DNA of 64,000 bases from Takakia lepidozioides. Its lineage: Eukaryota; Plantae; Bryophyta. The notes beneath the pieces are model-generated. The model was not told where the DNA came from. It made no database searches and saw nothing but the letters and a program-made list of their open reading frames with translations. Location of the stretch: positions 42,222,001 to 42,286,000 of the forward strand of contig CM060731.1 of NCBI GenBank assembly GCA_030704615.1, given 5' to 3'. Below, piece by piece: positions 26,801 through 38,865 of the stretch. Each line of letters starts with the position of its first letter. Position 1 is the first letter of the stretch. A program made the translations under genes and the position numbers.

Positions 26801-27896
26801 TAAACGGCGTTTCAATATCATGCCCATTTTAATTAATGTGGCGGTGATAAATGCTACCAAACCTCGATCCAGGAGAAGCGTCCTCGATCCAGGAATGTTA
26901 ATGATTGATCCGAAGGCCAAATCTATCTTTCGTTATGGCAGTGGACCGCCTTCCATAAATACTCCGCCTTGCCTGTTTTACGAGATCAACATCTTTCACG
27001 GTGACAGCTGTCTATTGCAAGTCAGAGCCGCACGGCTTTTGTGCCGCGCATATTGACGGTACCAAACACTCATCCAGCTGTATGTCTATTCAATGCTATC
27101 TTTTAACTTTGACAAGTACGCGAACATTCATGCAGATTTCGGCGGTTATTCTTCTACCATCATCATTGGAAGATAGGGTGCACTCAATTGACGACAACGT
27201 TTGCACAGATCCGCAAGAACCGTTAGATTCGCAGACTCTCGCTTATCAACGGTGGCCATCATCAATCCTGGAGACAATGAAACCAAGCTTCCCATTGGAC
27301 ACATTAGGAAACAAACATCAGTATATAAGGTCCGGCTGCACAACATACCCATTTCTCTCCACAGGCCTCTCATTTGCATCTTCTTGACTCTAGCAGACCT
27401 CTCTCCCGATCGCCCAGGGGTTGCTGCCCTCAATGCACCTCACCGTGTTTTTCCACAGAGTCTCTTAAGTACTTGTTTGTTCGTACCCATGTGGGATATG
27501 CTGATATTTTATTTTCTTACAAATTATATTTATTTTCATATTTCTTGCATTCTCTATTTACAACACATGCTTTGAGTGCTTGTCTCATTATCTTTCCTCT
27601 GCAAGACCTCCACTGGCCAGTCGAGACACTGTCACCCATTCATCCAAAATCACTTTTATCCATCTACAATAGGTGCTTTCATCCATTTGCTTCTTTTTCA
27701 TCCAAAAATCATCCATTCTTCATCCAACCTCCACTGTCCAGTAGAGGTCAAAGATCTGCCACCCCACCGTCTTCCAGAATCATATCAGTAGTCTGAATTA
27801 TTTCTTGTGTTCGATTTTGCCATAGTTGTGTCTGAATATTTCTTTCTCCCATTCCAAATTGTGTAACCTCCACTGGTCAGTGGAGGTTCTTTCATC

Positions 27897-29974
27897 ATGG
27901 GGTTCCAGATTGGTCAAAAAGTGTTCCTGTCGCTTCCACGATCTACATGCGTTGTTGCCTCAGGAGATTGCCTCAATATCTCCGGAGTGGGAACTTGCCA
28001 TGGACACAAATTGACGTCCTCTACCAACTCCGTGATCTTAACCTCTTGTGACGACACAGTCGGATCCAATCATCTGCCTTATCCACATACGGATGCTGAA
28101 ACCTTGAAGGAGGCCATTGGGACACCAGTTGTTTGGGATGTATCAGGTGTTCACCAACAAAAAGATAGCGTTGGAGAGTGTAGCCTGGATAGGGGTACTC
28201 CGTTTGTCACGCAGGAGAATTGTAGCACTGAAGATTTCCTCCATGACGCTGATTTTTCCTGGGAGTAGAGAAACTTTGGATGATTCCGGTGAAGGATTGG
28301 GGAGGAACAGCTGGAGAAACATGCAATGTTTGCTCCTTGGTGATGATGGTAGTGCCCTGTTCGAAGGTTGAATTCAAGCTTGCACACCGGACGAAGTAAT
28401 TCTCAATGACAAGCTTGGAGAGGACGATGTTGGGGTTCTTGTGACCAGAATATTATCTGGAGGATCTGGTTGTCTGATGTTACTTGTAAAATGGCCGTTG
28501 ACAAAACCAAGACTTTTGGAGAAAGGGCGTCTGCTGTCTGTTGATTTGGAGAATTTCATCCGATCTTCTGACGATACTCTACGTGACAATAATGAGACTG
28601 GTGTGAAGAAATCGGCGTACATGCATTTCACCATGAAGAAGTTGGTTGGCACAGCACATGACTCCAAAAAATGCAAAAGAATTGTTACTATGGAGGAAGT
28701 CAAATCTGTTAGCAGCAAAAATTGCTGCATACTTCAGTGCTGCCAATATTTTGATTGGAGGAAAACGTTGGCTATCCGCATTGCATTTTGGGGGTCCACA
28801 TTTGATGAAAGGAGAGCACATGGACTAAATGTTTCTAAAGGACTTCACGTGCTGGAAGGAACGTCGCGGAGGGCTTATGTAACCATTGAGGGTGTTGATG
28901 TTTGTGAGAAAGCATGGTGGACAATTCATGGTATTGGTAGGTCCACCTACATGTACAAAAAGTTGAGTAAAGAGGGTTGGCTGTCATCTCTTCATGGGAA
29001 TCGTGGCTTAAAGCGGCCGCGACCACAGATCATCCAGGCAGAGGGGACAATCATGTCCATTATTAACGGGAATTCGGACCTCATGCCTCATAAGACAAGG
29101 TGCATTGGGGATGGAAGGCGGGATACTTTGAGGGTCTTACCACCGGAAATGAACTGGAAGAGAATACGAGAGGAGTCCAACGAGGTAATCATTCTGCATT
29201 GTTTTTTTTACGTCACTCAAATTTATTTTCTACCTTGAACACTTCAAACATTTTCATTTCTTTTTGGCATGTCTGTTTCCCGAACCTCCATTGGCCAGTC
29301 GACGTTCATAGTCTGACACTTTGGGGTTCAGACGAACAGATTTCTTGGATTGAAACCAATCTCGCAGTCTGCTGTAAGCCGTATCAGGAATAGAATATTT
29401 CGGAACGTGGAGGTTCGAAAAACTGGAACCACATTTGCAAAGTGCACGGAATGTGAGATGTTGAAGGACTTGATCAAGAAGTCTATCAAGAGGAGTGCGG
29501 AACACGTCGCACATAAACGAACGCTTGATAAACATTTGAGGCATCAGGAGTCATGCAGAAGATTGTACCATAGCTGGAGGAATGAGTCAGTTATGATTCC
29601 GGAGGAGTTTCTCTGTATTATTCACGATAAGATGGATCATAGTAAAACAACTATTCCGAGGCTACAGACACCCAACAAGATGATCTCGGGATTGGGTTAG
29701 TTGCCTGTCCCGCTAACGGGAATGGTCACACATGGACACGGGGATGGAGCATACGGTCAGTTCTCTCTCGAGTTCTGGAAGGGAAATTCAAACTTTACTA
29801 TTGGTTTTTTGGCTCGTTGTCTTCGCCAGCTTGAGAAGCCAACCTGACGAGAGTCCAGGAACATTTTCGATTATGCACTTCAGAACGATTTTTTTGAAAC
29901 ACTCATGAGAGGTAAATCGAGATGTTTGGATGCTTTGAAATCTTGAACGCCACAAGACAAAAGGGGTGCCCGTC
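27897..29974 (+). pseudogene. N-terminal half of Sola-type (DUF7869-like) DDD transposase, with intron (~29185-29330) and stops
   Basis: CCILQCC, VCEKAWWTIHGI, HGNRG, FAKCTECEML..H..H, CIIHDKMDHSKTTIP; reads in frame into the 21372-20080 half across the TSD. Confidence 0.8.
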
Positions 29975-32900
29975 TGTAGATGCATATATTGGTACACTTT
30001 TCTTTTCAGATCGTTTTTTATCATAAGACAAGCGGTTTTGACATTGTAATGCCAAAACAGGTTAGTTTGTTAGTTATTTGGAAATCGTTGGTAAAGCATG
30101 TAGGAAATTAGACAGTGTCTAAGATGACCATGGAGAGGAAATCTGACATCAAGATGACCGTAGGAAGTTGCATCGACAACATATTAGGCTCCCAATTCGG
30201 TACCAAAAACGGCGAATTAATCATGTTCGAACAATACAGGACGACTGTTCCAATCCCAGATTGCGATCTCTCTTTTCTCCCGCCTTTCAAGTCCAGTAGG
30301 AACACACGGCGAGGAGCTTGGCAATTGGTGGAAGCGACATGTATAGCGATGAAATATCGCAACAAAGCAATTGGCCGCATCGGAATGACAGCAGGTTAGG
30401 ACGACTTCAAACGGCGAAGCGTGGACTTGTTAGCGGTGCGGGACAACTGGAGGGGACTCCGGACAACCTATGACTCAGTGGCAGGGTCAAAGACCCCAGA
30501 GCCATCACCAGGGATTTGATTTCCAAATATACCACAAAATATATGTGTAGCGAAAATACAACAAATGGCGAGAAGCACAACTTTTTACCACCGATGGAGC
30601 TGAGAATTTACAGGCTGATATGAGGTATATAATTGTAGTTTGTCACCAAGTTTGGTGATTTATGGAGCTGATTAGCAGCAGGGCCAAATTATTGAGTCAA
30701 CGGCACTCACAAGGCCTATTATTTGCATTTCTACTTCTTGGATGGATGAAAAATCCTGGAATTCGCCTTGAGGAGCTGGATGGATGAAATGGAAACTCGC
30801 GCCAACTGGTCATCCAACTGGATGGATGAAAAGACAGCTTTCATTTGCCTCTAAGACTTTTTATCCATATGGAACAATATATTATAGATCATTCTAGGAA
30901 ATAATAGTTTAATCAATATTTTTCCTTAAACTAGTAGGCACAACAACAGTATAAAAGAGGAGGCAAGGCTATCTTATTCTTCATCTAGCTCATTTGCTTA
31001 GTTTCCTCTTGCTTGTTGTTGTAGTGCTTGCTAGTTTTTGGCTTGAGGAGGGGCTAGATCCTAGGGAGTGGAGCTTGAAGCTCCCTAGTTAGGTAGGATT
31101 CTTGTAAGCTAAGGCAAGTGGCCTAGCTTTTGGGCCTTTGAGCCATTTTCATTTGTGAAGGAAGAGGGCAAGTTTATGTGGAGGAAAGTGACTTGAGGAC
31201 GAGTAGGAGGGGCTGGTATGGACTTATGGACGAGAGCCCAAGTGAAGGCCGCATAGAGTACCATCACTTGAGTCGATAGAGCATCCCAAGCACTCTCGCA
31301 TAGAAAGGTTGATCCCATCTTACCATTTCACCATTTGTGTATGTGATTCATTTATTTTTCAAGCAAAGCTTGAAGTTGAAAATTTGATTTAGCCTCTTCA
31401 AAAGAGGAGAGTGCATTGTGGAGTCTCATTATTTCATGTCTAGAAGTGACAAGGGGAAGACCCCCATAGTCTATTGGTAAAGGAACCAATAGAGGCTTGT
31501 ATTTGAAGTGTTGGAAGAAGGAATCTTTGTATTTGATTACTAATTTGAAAAAATAGCCAGCTTTGGCAAAGCAGGCTAGTAGGCTAGATCTATGATATAA
31601 GGCCATTATAGGGCCTCTATGTGCTAATTTCCCCCCCCACTAGCAAGCCATGGACGCCTAGGGGAGGGTGTGGTTTGTATTTTGGTCTAGGGGTTTGGGC
31701 GGGCTGATTTCGCTTGACAGCAGCTGCCCCAATGTCGCGAGCAGCCCAGGAGGAGCCCGGGTGCTGCGCCTAGAGAGTAGGGACTCGATTACTTAAGCGT
31801 GGAGGCAGCCGTGGCCCAGCCATGAGGTATGGGCGCGGGGCCCCAGCGCCGACCTTAAGTCGTACTGAGATCAAGTACATCAGCCTCGTGGCTTAGGCGT
31901 GAGGCCCTGAAGCGTGCGAACAAGGCGCAGGTCTTTACCTGCTGGATAATCAAAAGTTGAGACGGACCGGCGGACGCTGGCGTTAACCGCAGCGGTCCGC
32001 GGTTTGGACCGCTACGCGCGGATCTGCGCCCCGCCACGTGGCGGGGGCGTTTTACCCAGCGGGCAATGCGTCTGCAAATTCCCTTAAATGGGGGTATTCT
32101 TACCTTTAGCTATTAGATTCAATTTATACCCCTCTAAGGGTTAGGAGCCATTATCTAAGGTGCCAGTGGTAGATAAAATCCAGGATTTTGGGAGGACGTA
32201 GCCTTGGAGGGGAGCGTTCTTAGGACTCCAAGAGGGAGCCAAACGGGTCTGAGGGCAGTGAGCTAGAGGCGGAGACCTCGAGAGACAAGGGAGGAGTGAA
32301 AGTACTCTGTCCTAAAAACTCGGCTACAACAAGCCTTTGTGTCAGAGCCCAAGGTAGAGGATGATTTTTTCCATGGAGGGAAAGCGCACCAGCGCCTTAA
32401 AATGTAAGGGGGTGAAATCTGGCTTGGACCCACCAGTGATTATTTTATTATTTACGCATGCATGTTTTGGACTAATGAATGTAGTTGCAGGCTTAGCGAG
32501 ATTCATTCATCCGATAGGGCCGCGACAGTTCCCCGCGGCAGGGAACGGTTCCCGGGTGTTCCCCGGTTCTCATTGGGTTCCCAAGGGCATCTTTATGCAC
32601 CAAGGGTATCTTTGGATTCCCCACATGATTTCCCATAGAGGAGGTATTTTTCCTGATTTTCTTAATTTCTTTTATTTTCCAGCATTTCTCATTTGCGAAA
32701 CTGCTTAATTAGGATATATGAATGTGGTGCTCGTTATACCCTGCAGGGCGTTGATTAAACTGATTGAATTTGTTGAGTTGAGGGGCTTAGAACCACCTTA
32801 TTGAAATGAGTGAACCTATTGGATGATGATAGGCATTTTGGCCACTCCGTTGCTAAAACAAAGTATTTAGACAACTGGGTAGGAAGCGTTGGCCCTTCCC

Positions 32901-33330
32901 TTGAGAGGTGACTTGAACTCAAGCCCTCGGCGAAGGAGGGGCAGTGGGAGAGGACGGTTTTCCCTCTCCTCCCTAGGCTCGGTAGGTGCCTTGTGAAGGG
33001 ATTAAAACATGTCCCGGCTATAGGCAGCTCGGGGGCCTAGGCGGTAGGAATTAGACAATAAAACACAAAGATTTGGAAGGCAATTACTGAGTAGATTAGA
33101 GGATACCGTAGGACTTAGAAACGCAAACTCGCCCTGTGAAGAGGAGTACGTGATTTCTCTTTGCCGGTAGGACTTAGATATTGATCATAGCCACCATGTA
33201 CGACCATGGACCCCCTGCACTAACCGCAGTCGGGTAGGCGGTTCAGTGAGCCCAACCTACACCGCAACTTACCTCGGCCCCCCTAGACTACTATGCCGTC
33301 ACCTTGACCGCGCGCGCTGAGGGCTCGTCA
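29975..33330 (-). repeat. Long LTR (3356 bp), copy B, inverted relative to copy A
   Basis: Reverse complement of 21373-24716 with scattered transitions and small indels; mirrored ORF pairs in the ORF track. Confidence 0.9.
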
Positions 33331-33865
33331 TATGAATGGTGCGTCTGCCGGGAGGTAAGTGAATAGTCAGGACTTCTCCAAATTGTTATGGATGGACTAA
33401 CAATATGTGTTCTCGTCCTAATTTGTTTTTATGTAATACTTTATTATTTATTCATGATCTTACTCCATCAGGTGGAGATTGAGGAACCCCATGCACATGA
33501 AGATTATAAGCTCTTGCATGAGGGTGTTTGGAACAGTGTTCATTGAAATTACTAACGCCATGGCAATCATGAAGCTGCAGCATGGGCACCGATTATATGG
33601 AAGCCCATCGTGTTTACTTGTCTTTTGAGGCACGCGTGGTGGGACTTTACCGTGTTATTTCCGGCACCCGATCCGACGAAGTGCGAACCGAAGATGCAAT
33701 CGTAGTTTGCAGGTTAATGCGAGGCCGCATGCTGGACATCGTCGAAGAGTACTGAGGGTACTGGATTTCGGCCAAAGTAGGGCCATTAGGGGACAAGGCT
33801 CTCACTGCCCCATCTCTTCCTTTTTCAGGTTTAATACACGTTGGCCCGGGTGCTGCCAACCTCCC

Positions 33866-36482
33866 TTCTTCACCTTACGGAGCCCCGGTGTTATTCGCAG
33901 ACAAGAAGGATGGGACGCTGTGGATGTGTGTCGACTACAGGGCTCTGAATAAGGTGACTATCAAGAATCGGTACCCTTTGCCAAGGATCGACGACCTCTT
34001 CGATCGGTTGCCAGGAGCGAAGTATTTCAGCCAGATCGATTTGTGCTCCGGCTACCATCAAATTCGAGTGGCGGAAGGAGATGAGGAGAAAACCGCGTCA
34101 GGACAAGATATGGTTTGTATGAGTTCTTGGTGATGCCTTTTGGACTCACCAACGCACCCGCGACCTTTAGCACGCTAATGAACAGCCTTTCCAGGAGTGG
34201 TTGGATGACTTTGTGATCGTGTACATCGACGACATCTTGGTGTACTCGAAAACAAAGGAAGAGCACCTTGAGCACCTCAAAAGGGTGTTCCAGAAATTGC
34301 GGGAAGGGAAGCTGTATGCCAAAGCTTCAAAGTGCGAATTTGGGGTCACAAAAGTGGAGTTCCTAGGGCATGAGATTACACAGGATGGGATCAAAATGGA
34401 TGACAGAAAGGTGAGGACGATCTTGGACTGAGAACCTCCGACTTCGGTCCCGGGAGTGCGATCCTTCCTAGGATTCGCCTCCTATTACCGAAAGTATGTG
34501 AAAAATTTCGCCAAGATTGCGGGGCCGCTGTCAGACCTTCTGTGTAAATCCAAGGTATGGGTATGGAACACCTTTTCTGGCCAAGCTTTTGCCGAGTTAA
34601 AGCAGCGGATGGCGGAAGCTCCAGTCTTGAAAATCCCGGAGTTCGACCGTCCGTTTGAGATTCATACAGATGCGTCGGACTTCGCGATTGGGGGTGTACT
34701 TATACAAGATGGACGTCCAGTGGCTTACGAAAGTAAGAAACTGAATGAAGTGGAGTGACGGTGGCCAACACACGAGAAAGAGATGAAGGCGGTGGTGCAT
34801 TGCCTTGAGCTTTGGCGCCACTATGTTGGTTCCAACCCGGTGAAGGTGTTCACGGACAATGTCACGGTGAAGTATTTTGCCACGCAGCCTAAGTTGTCCC
34901 CAAAACAACTTAGGTGGCAAGACACTTTGGCGGTGTTTGACGTGGATATCTAGTACAAACCGGGACGGGACAATGTGGTGGCTGATGCCTTAAGTAGAAA
35001 GCAGCAGCTCACGTTGGTGTACAGGGGCGAGACGACGCTCCAAAGGAAGATCCAGAAGGCTTACCGGAAGGATGAGATGGTGAAGTCTGTGATGCGGGAC
35101 TTGAGGATGGGGGTTAAATCGCAGTTCCACTTGCAAAACGGACTGCTCCAGTACAAGCAAAAGCGTCTCTACGTGCCGAAGGGAGGGATCAGAGATAGTC
35201 TCTTGAGAGAATGCCACGATGGCCCGCTTGCGGGCCACGGCGGAGCCAAGCGCACCACGACACTCTTGAAGAAAGTATTTCTGGCCCAAACTGAGGGAGG
35301 AGGCCGAGGAGTATGTCAAGACATGCACCATATGCCAACAAAACCGGAGCGAGTACAAAATGCAAGCGGGGTTGTTACAACCCTTGCCGATTCCAGAGGG
35401 GTCTTGGGAAAGTGTCTCGATGGATTTCATGACTGCTATGCCGCTGTCAAAAGGATTCGATGCAATCATGGTGGTGGTGGATAGGTTCAGTAAATAGGCC
35501 ATTTCATCCCCACGAAGGAGACGGCAACGGCGCAGGAGACGGGGCGACTTTATTTCGCCCACGTCTTCAAGCATCATGGACTCCCGAAGGATATTGTCTC
35601 GGACCGTGATCCAAAGTTTACAAGTAAATTTTGGAGGGCACTTTGGAAGAAAATGGGGACAAGGCTCAAGATGAGCACCGCCTCCCGACCTACGACGGAC
35701 GACCAAACGGAAAGGGTGAATTCCGTAGTGAAGCAGATCTTGCGGAATTACGTGTCGGCAGACCAATCGGACTGGGTTGAGCACTTGGATGCGGCAGAGT
35801 TCTGTTATAATAACACAAAACACTCCGCAATGGGAGTTTCCCCTTTCGTATTGGTCTATGGAAAAGCACCTCTGGTGCCGACAAGTTGGGCCGCCCAAGA
35901 CGTTGAGGAACCGGCAGCAGCAACGGTGCTAGAAGAACGCGAGCATTTGTTGAAGCTCGCAAAATACAACATTGCCATAGCTAGACGGTATGAACGGCAG
36001 GCGAATCGGAAGCGGAGGGAAGTTAAGTTTGAGGCAGGCACGGAGGTCTAGTTGAACATCAAGAATTTCCGACTACCTCCGGAAGTGAGTCCAAAGTTTG
36101 TACCTCCGTATGCGGGACCCTTTCGCATCCAGAGGTTATGAATGAGGATGTGTATGAACTGGAGCTGCTGGCAAACAGCAAGGTGCATCCGGTATTCCAC
36201 GTCTCCCTTTTGAAGCCTTATTTCAAAGATGAAGCGCGTCCGAATCGACATCAAGTGTTGCGTCCACCACCTGTGCTGTTGGATCATGAAAATGAACCTG
36301 AGTACGAGGTGGAGGTAGTGCTTAAGTCAAGGAGGTTCAAGAATCGAGAAACGGAGTATCTCGTGAAATTGAAGGGCTATCATCATGTAGAGGCATCTTG
36401 GGTGCGTGCCTCAGAAATGGAAAACGCATCCGAGGCGGTTGCAGCTTTCGAAGGGCAATCTCAAAAGCGGAAGAAGCGTTGA
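33866..36482 (+). pseudogene. pol: Chromovirus pol fragment (RT, RNase H, integrase, chromodomain), 5'-truncated
   Basis: [71 protein letters not shown]. Confidence 0.93.
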
Positions 36483-36516
36483 TGGGGACATCAACCTTGG
36501 ATCGTGGGGGAGAAAA

Positions 36517-37431
36517 TGCATGCTTAGCCGGCTTAGCTAGCTCAGGAATCCGATTGCAAAAACTTGTGTTGTACAAATTTTGTTATAAATGAAATGGTTT
36601 CCAAATGTTGTGCCTCATATTTTGTTTTGAATGGCGATGCATGGTATGGTTGGCTAGTGTGTAGAATGCATGCTAGCTTACAAAAGTGGGAGAAGTAAAT
36701 TGGATTAATCGTGTGTTTGCGCAGTGCCGAAATCGGGTGACTCCCATCCAAGGGGTAAGGAAACTTGCGCCTTCTTTGGGAGTTCACGTGCTAGTGCGCA
36801 CCTGGCGCGTGCGCGTACTATAACTGCGCTACCGAGGGGGTTGCCTTGTAGTGCGGGCTAACGCGGAAGCTACGTGTTTCCGTTCACGTACTATAATCGT
36901 GTAGCCTCGGGAGCCTTTAGTGGGTCTTAGTGGGGGTGGCATAGGACTCACCATGGGGCGGAGACCTTGTGTGGGGAGTCTTGGGACTCATCACGGTCCA
37001 ATGGGGCCGTGGTGGGTGGGCCAAGACTCACCGCGACTCATCACCGGGAGTCGAGGGTCTTCGTGGTGGTTCGCCATAAAAGGATGGTGTTGTTTGTGAA
37101 ACCCCCGCGGACAGTCACAGAAGTATATATAGGGAGTAGTAACCCCGAGAACGGTGCAAGCCCGTTGGTGACCAAAAACTAGTGAGTAAGCGAGCGAGCC
37201 GGAAAGTGACCCAAGGAGTGGGGAGCTATTCCGGACTGCCATCTACCAAAGGGAATTTCCACTAGGCCCAAATCAGTGGAGGGTCTTTTGGAAGAGTAAA
37301 GGGGGACCGTTATGTCCCGGTGAGCAGCCGAAGCTCCGAGTTGGCCCGACGGCCGGTTGGGAGTTAGGCACGCGCATCAAAGCAAGTAACTATGACTTGA
37401 AGGGGAGCTTACCGAAGTGAGGTGCATGACA
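36517..37431 (+). repeat. 3' LTR of the chromovirus (915 bp)
   Basis: Preceded by PPT GGGGGAGAAAA; TGCATGC...GCATGACA; homologous (inverted) to 52035-52558. Confidence 0.85.
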
Positions 37432-38865
37432 CAGGTGGACCGACCGGCCCCTGCCACCATCCAGCAAGTAGAGAGGAATTTGGAAGGGCAACGAGCCCCA
37501 TTCCCAGGTCAGTATGTGACTGAACCACCCAACCCTCTACCGCAACAACATAGCATGTATTTTGCTACCCCAACGCAGATAGCACAACGATCTAGGCCAG
37601 ATCAGGCAGGTCCATCATACTTAGGGGGCAATGCCGCTCAGGGCAGGGTGCCCGAGCAGCTTATTCCAATCCTGCGGCTCAGATAGCCCAGGGTTCTTCT
37701 AACACATGGTCTCCCCCTCATGATGTAAGGGTGCAGGGAGGACATCAAGCGTCTACCTCGGCGCCACCGCAGCAACAGCAGACCAACGTACAACCCAATC
37801 ATACAATGCGCCTTCAGGAGACGCAACACCAAGTAAATTGGATTGCGAGTGAGCCAGAGGCCACTCCAACAGTGACAGCTAGCCCCGAAAAGGTAGCTAC
37901 GCAGTGATGACCCAACGGCAATGAGATACGCTAGGGAAAGGCCCTGGATATGAGGCGTCGGAGTCAGCCACATCCACATCAGAACGGGAGGATCTGAACG
38001 TCATAATGATGAAATCAGATGCGCGAAAGGTGGCGGAGATTGTGCTTCGGGAGGAGGAAGACATGCATCCCAAAGAAAAGGAGGTAGCATTCGCAGAGGC
38101 GGAACCTCCAGTACTCCGACCAACCATTTCTCGACTCCCTGTATCAAGAGCGAAGAGCCCGGCGAATCGGCCAGCGGCACCAGAAAAGCTTCCCCGGAGG
38201 AGGATGCATTCAACGCAACGACGCAATGGCGTGAGCGTTGCACGTGAGCGCGCGAGCGTACGCTCACGCAGGAGTGACGTGGCGTGAGCGTACGCTCACG
38301 CCAGCTGACGTGGCGTGAGCCTGCACACATGCTGACGTGGCGTGAGCGTCATGTCAGCATGCTGATGTGGCGGTAAATGATGACGTGGCACTGTCCGTCA
38401 ACTGCCACGTCAGCATTAACATGCGCCACCTATAACCGTGGATGGTCCTATGACCGTGGAATTAATGCAGGGAATCTTGCCTAAATAGAATCAAGACGAG
38501 CGTTGAGGCCTACAATTGCAGCATCCAACATTGTGCAATTACAAATGTTTGTTTCACTTTTACAATTATGAAGACGACAAAATATCCTCACAAAGTGTGC
38601 GCCATAAAGGCTGCCACGAGAAGACTTCCTCCCTCCTCAAATAACAATGAGAGTTATGATCATCTTCAAAAGATGATTGTAGTGCATAGCGACAGCAAGA
38701 CATGTAGACTTCGAACGGTGCAATGACAAATGTGCACTACCTAAAAGTTGTCACTCAGACCTCACTCCGTATAGTTGGAGGCCATATCATTGCACAGCCG
38801 ACGAATTGATGTGAATTACACATTTCAAATCATGGTCATCCACATACCACATTACATAGTTCATG

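Noticed and set aside
21373-33330. One foldback/Polinton-like element with 3.3-kb TIRs
   Set aside because: Each arm has TG..CA ends, one has a PBS, outer flanks (GGCGG vs TATGA) are not a TSD, and the swapped TSD shows two LTRs plus an inversion
34990-35898. 302-aa minus-strand ORF (also 39557-40282 +)
   Set aside because: Antisense shadows of integrase and transposase coding sequence
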